Part shown: positions 63,641-64,000 of the stretch, one piece after another
How the letters are laid out: each line of letters starts with the position of its first letter
Numbering within the stretch: the stretch's first letter is position 1
Source of the DNA: a virus
Lineage: Duplodnaviria; Caudoviricetes
Strand: one strand, 5' to 3'
IMG/VR virus record: IMGVR_UViG_2919450847_000005
Span: 1 to 64,000 of that record
DNA length: 64,000 nt
Notes under the pieces: model-generated
Told to the model about the DNA's origin: nothing
The model's database searches: none
What the model saw: only the letters and a program-made list of their open reading frames with translations
Position numbers and translations under genes: made by a program

Positions 63641-64000
63641 ATGAAAATTCGCGTCGTGGACTTCGAGACGACCGGCATGGTCGGCAAGGACGAGCCGGTC
63701 GGCATCGTCGAGGCGGGATGGACGGATGTCCTTCTCGGCGGCTCCATGCCCCACATCACCCGCCCCAGCTTCCTGATGGTGAATCCCGGCATCCCGGTGA
63801 TGCCGGAGGCGCGAGCCGCCCACCACCTCACCGACGACGAGATAGCCGGCGGCGTGTCGCCGGAGGACGCGCACGCGTTTCTCTACACGGGCATGGAGTT
63901 GGGCGACGTGTTCGCCGCGCACCATGCGAAGTTCGACCGCGCGCTGTTTTCTGGCGATCCGTTCCCGTGGATCTGCACCATGGTTTGCGCCAAGCACCTG
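63641..64000 (+). CDS. DEDDh 3'-5' exonuclease (partial, cut by the window end)
   Basis: VVDFETTG ExoI, AHH.KFD ExoII, WICT; not in the ORF track because it has no stop in the window. Confidence 0.85.
   Translation, partial: MKIRVVDFETTGMVGKDEPVGIVEAGWTDVLLGGSMPHITRPSFLMVNPGIPVMPEARAAHHLTDDEIAGGVSPEDAHAFLYTGMELGDVFAAHHAKFDRALFSGDPFPWICTMVCAKHL

Noticed and set aside
1-64000. CRISPR array, tRNA, reverse transcriptase/DGR, integrase or att site
   Set aside because: I saw no regularly spaced repeat-spacer units, tRNA cloverleaf with T-loop, YxDD reverse transcriptase or recombinase motifs. An integration module may lie outside the window.

Overview
The whole window is one GC-rich temperate phage or prophage genome segment. 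The host is probably an alphaproteobacterium (Rhizobiales-like), inferred from a GAAC-N7-GAAC LexA box and DUF982-, SRAP-, GcrA-like and GapR-like genes. Layout from left to right: (i) 1-3.7 kb, an SOS-type accessory cassette. (ii) 3.6-31.8 kb, minus-strand late operon: lambda-type terminase and portal, protease-capsid fusion, P2-like contractile tail and lysis genes. It is interrupted by a CapRel-like fused toxSAS gene in the lysis cassette and an antisense hexapeptide acetyltransferase in the tail module. (iii) 32.6-51.8 kb, an ~18 kb plus-strand accessory operon that starts at a promoter overlapped by the phage 17-bp operator. It carries DUF3150, a MoxR-type AAA+ ATPase, a DUF2201/VWA metallopeptidase, a beta clamp, a DNA methyltransferase and two antisense low-GC morons. 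(iv) 51.8-58.2 kb, minus-strand replication genes. (v) cro/cI switch and plus-strand recombination genes, cut by the window end. The most unusual signal is ten divergent, mostly translationally coupled ~100-140 aa paralogs interleaved with the DUF3150/AAA+/VWA genes, sharing an N-terminal aromatic beta-strand pattern and a C-terminal P-[ED]-x-[IL]-A-x-x-T-A helix. A repeated start-associated DNA motif precedes nine genes of the same operon. No integrase, att site, tRNA, CRISPR array or reverse transcriptase was recognised. All family assignments come from motif recognition by eye, not from database searches.
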